A stretch of DNA of 24,939 nt, from assembly GCA_031425655.1 (NCBI GenBank), contig JANPJS010000319.1, positions 1-24,939 of the forward strand. Direction: 5' to 3'. Positions 24,871 to 24,939 of this stretch are shown here, one piece after another. The notes below the pieces were generated by a model. The model saw nothing but the letters and a program-made list of their open reading frames with translations. It did not search any database and was not told the DNA's origin. This stretch comes from Abditibacteriaceae bacterium. Lineage in GTDB: Bacteria > Armatimonadota > Abditibacteriia > Abditibacteriales > Abditibacteriaceae. A program made the position numbers and the translations under genes. Position 1 is the first letter of the stretch. Every line of letters begins with the position of its first letter.

Positions 24871-24939
24871 TTGTCATTCTGAGCTTGCGAAGAATCTCAG
24901 CGTAATGGGTGCGAAAACGCCGAGATTCTTCGCAAGCTC
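24871..24939. repeat. GTCATTCTGAG...GAAGAATCTC palindromic repeat, truncated by window end
   Basis: GAGCTTGCGAAGAATCTC (24881-24898) is the exact reverse complement of 24922-24939. Confidence 0.85.

Noticed and set aside
1..24939. Circular element, because the end and start join into one palindrome
   Set aside because: Only a 1-nt overlap, the flanks differ (AAAACCCTTTGC expected vs AACCCTTCTT seen), gene content is chromosomal and no replication or integration genes are present.

Overview
GC-rich bacterial chromosomal segment with about 19 intact genes and no transposase, integrase, rRNA, tRNA or CRISPR array that I can see. The H-X9-DG protein and overall gene style suggest an Armatimonadota/Abditibacteriota-like or PVC-like organism; this is inference only. 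Genes: orphan trpA, a PhyH-type dioxygenase, recO, a DnaA-domain-I/DciA-like hypothetical, a membrane-anchored TPR protein, a PolX-PHP fusion whose polymerase Asp triad is replaced (apparently A/H/H), a secreted DUF1559/H-X9-DG protein, a FecR + beta-barrel protein next to a CHASE2 adenylate cyclase, an orphan ABC ATPase, GlsB/YeaQ, leuB, nagZ, a HEAT-like protein, a LolA-like/TlpA redoxin fusion and several hypotheticals. The most unusual signal is intergenic: a modular, nested set of short palindromic elements. Two different MITE 'shells' are present, one with 25-bp GAG... TIRs and a TAA duplication, the other with CTCACCTTACGC... TIRs and a 7-bp duplication. They carry palindromic cargo and are themselves inserted inside 7-mer- and 9-mer-periodic palindromes. 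Comparing copies shows compensatory changes between arms, an internal inversion, a collapsed copy and an apparent cargo swap. Both window ends fall in copies of a further palindromic repeat.
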